A stretch of 64,000 nt of DNA, taken from positions 64,604,001 to 64,668,000 of the forward strand of contig OX597833.1 of the NCBI GenBank assembly GCA_951406725.2, read 5' to 3'. The DNA is from Octopus vulgaris. Lineage: Eukaryota. Shown in pieces: positions 63,956 through 64,000 of this stretch (the stretch's first letter is position 1; each line of letters opens with the position of its first letter). The position numbers and the translations under genes were made by a program. Under the pieces are notes generated by a model. That model did not search any database, was not told where the DNA came from, and saw only the letters and a list, made by a program, of their open reading frames with translations.

Positions 63956-64000
63956 TTATATATGTATATGTGTGTGTGGGGTTTCTGTATACGTATTCGC

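Overview
Eukaryotic, AT-rich, repeat-dominated genomic DNA, most likely octopus (inferred from the SINE families and the extreme microsatellite density), with a 100-N scaffold gap at 44369-44468. No intact host protein-coding gene is recognisable, so the window reads as intronic or intergenic, and almost all long ORFs in the track are microsatellite translations. Contents: (i) about 35 copies or fragments of four tRNA-headed SINE types (labelled A-D here) that swap heads, bodies and tails; (ii) three decayed R4/Dong-like restriction-endonuclease-type non-LTR retrotransposon fragments, two ending directly in (TAA)n; (iii) one near-full-length decayed maT/DD37D-like element, four mariner fragments and a Tc1-type MITE; (iv) a non-autonomous Helitron and a Helentron-like fragment; (v) a Tx1/L1-like LINE 3' end whose terminus matches the tail of SINE A; (vi) large di-, tri- and tetranucleotide arrays. 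The most notable signal is a set of short inserts in (TA)n tracts that form fold-back palindromes and carry type I hammerhead-ribozyme cores. One copy (34886-34933, minus) has an intact catalytic core. These are probably Penelope-like or retrozyme-like elements. All family assignments are by eye and from memory, not from database searches.
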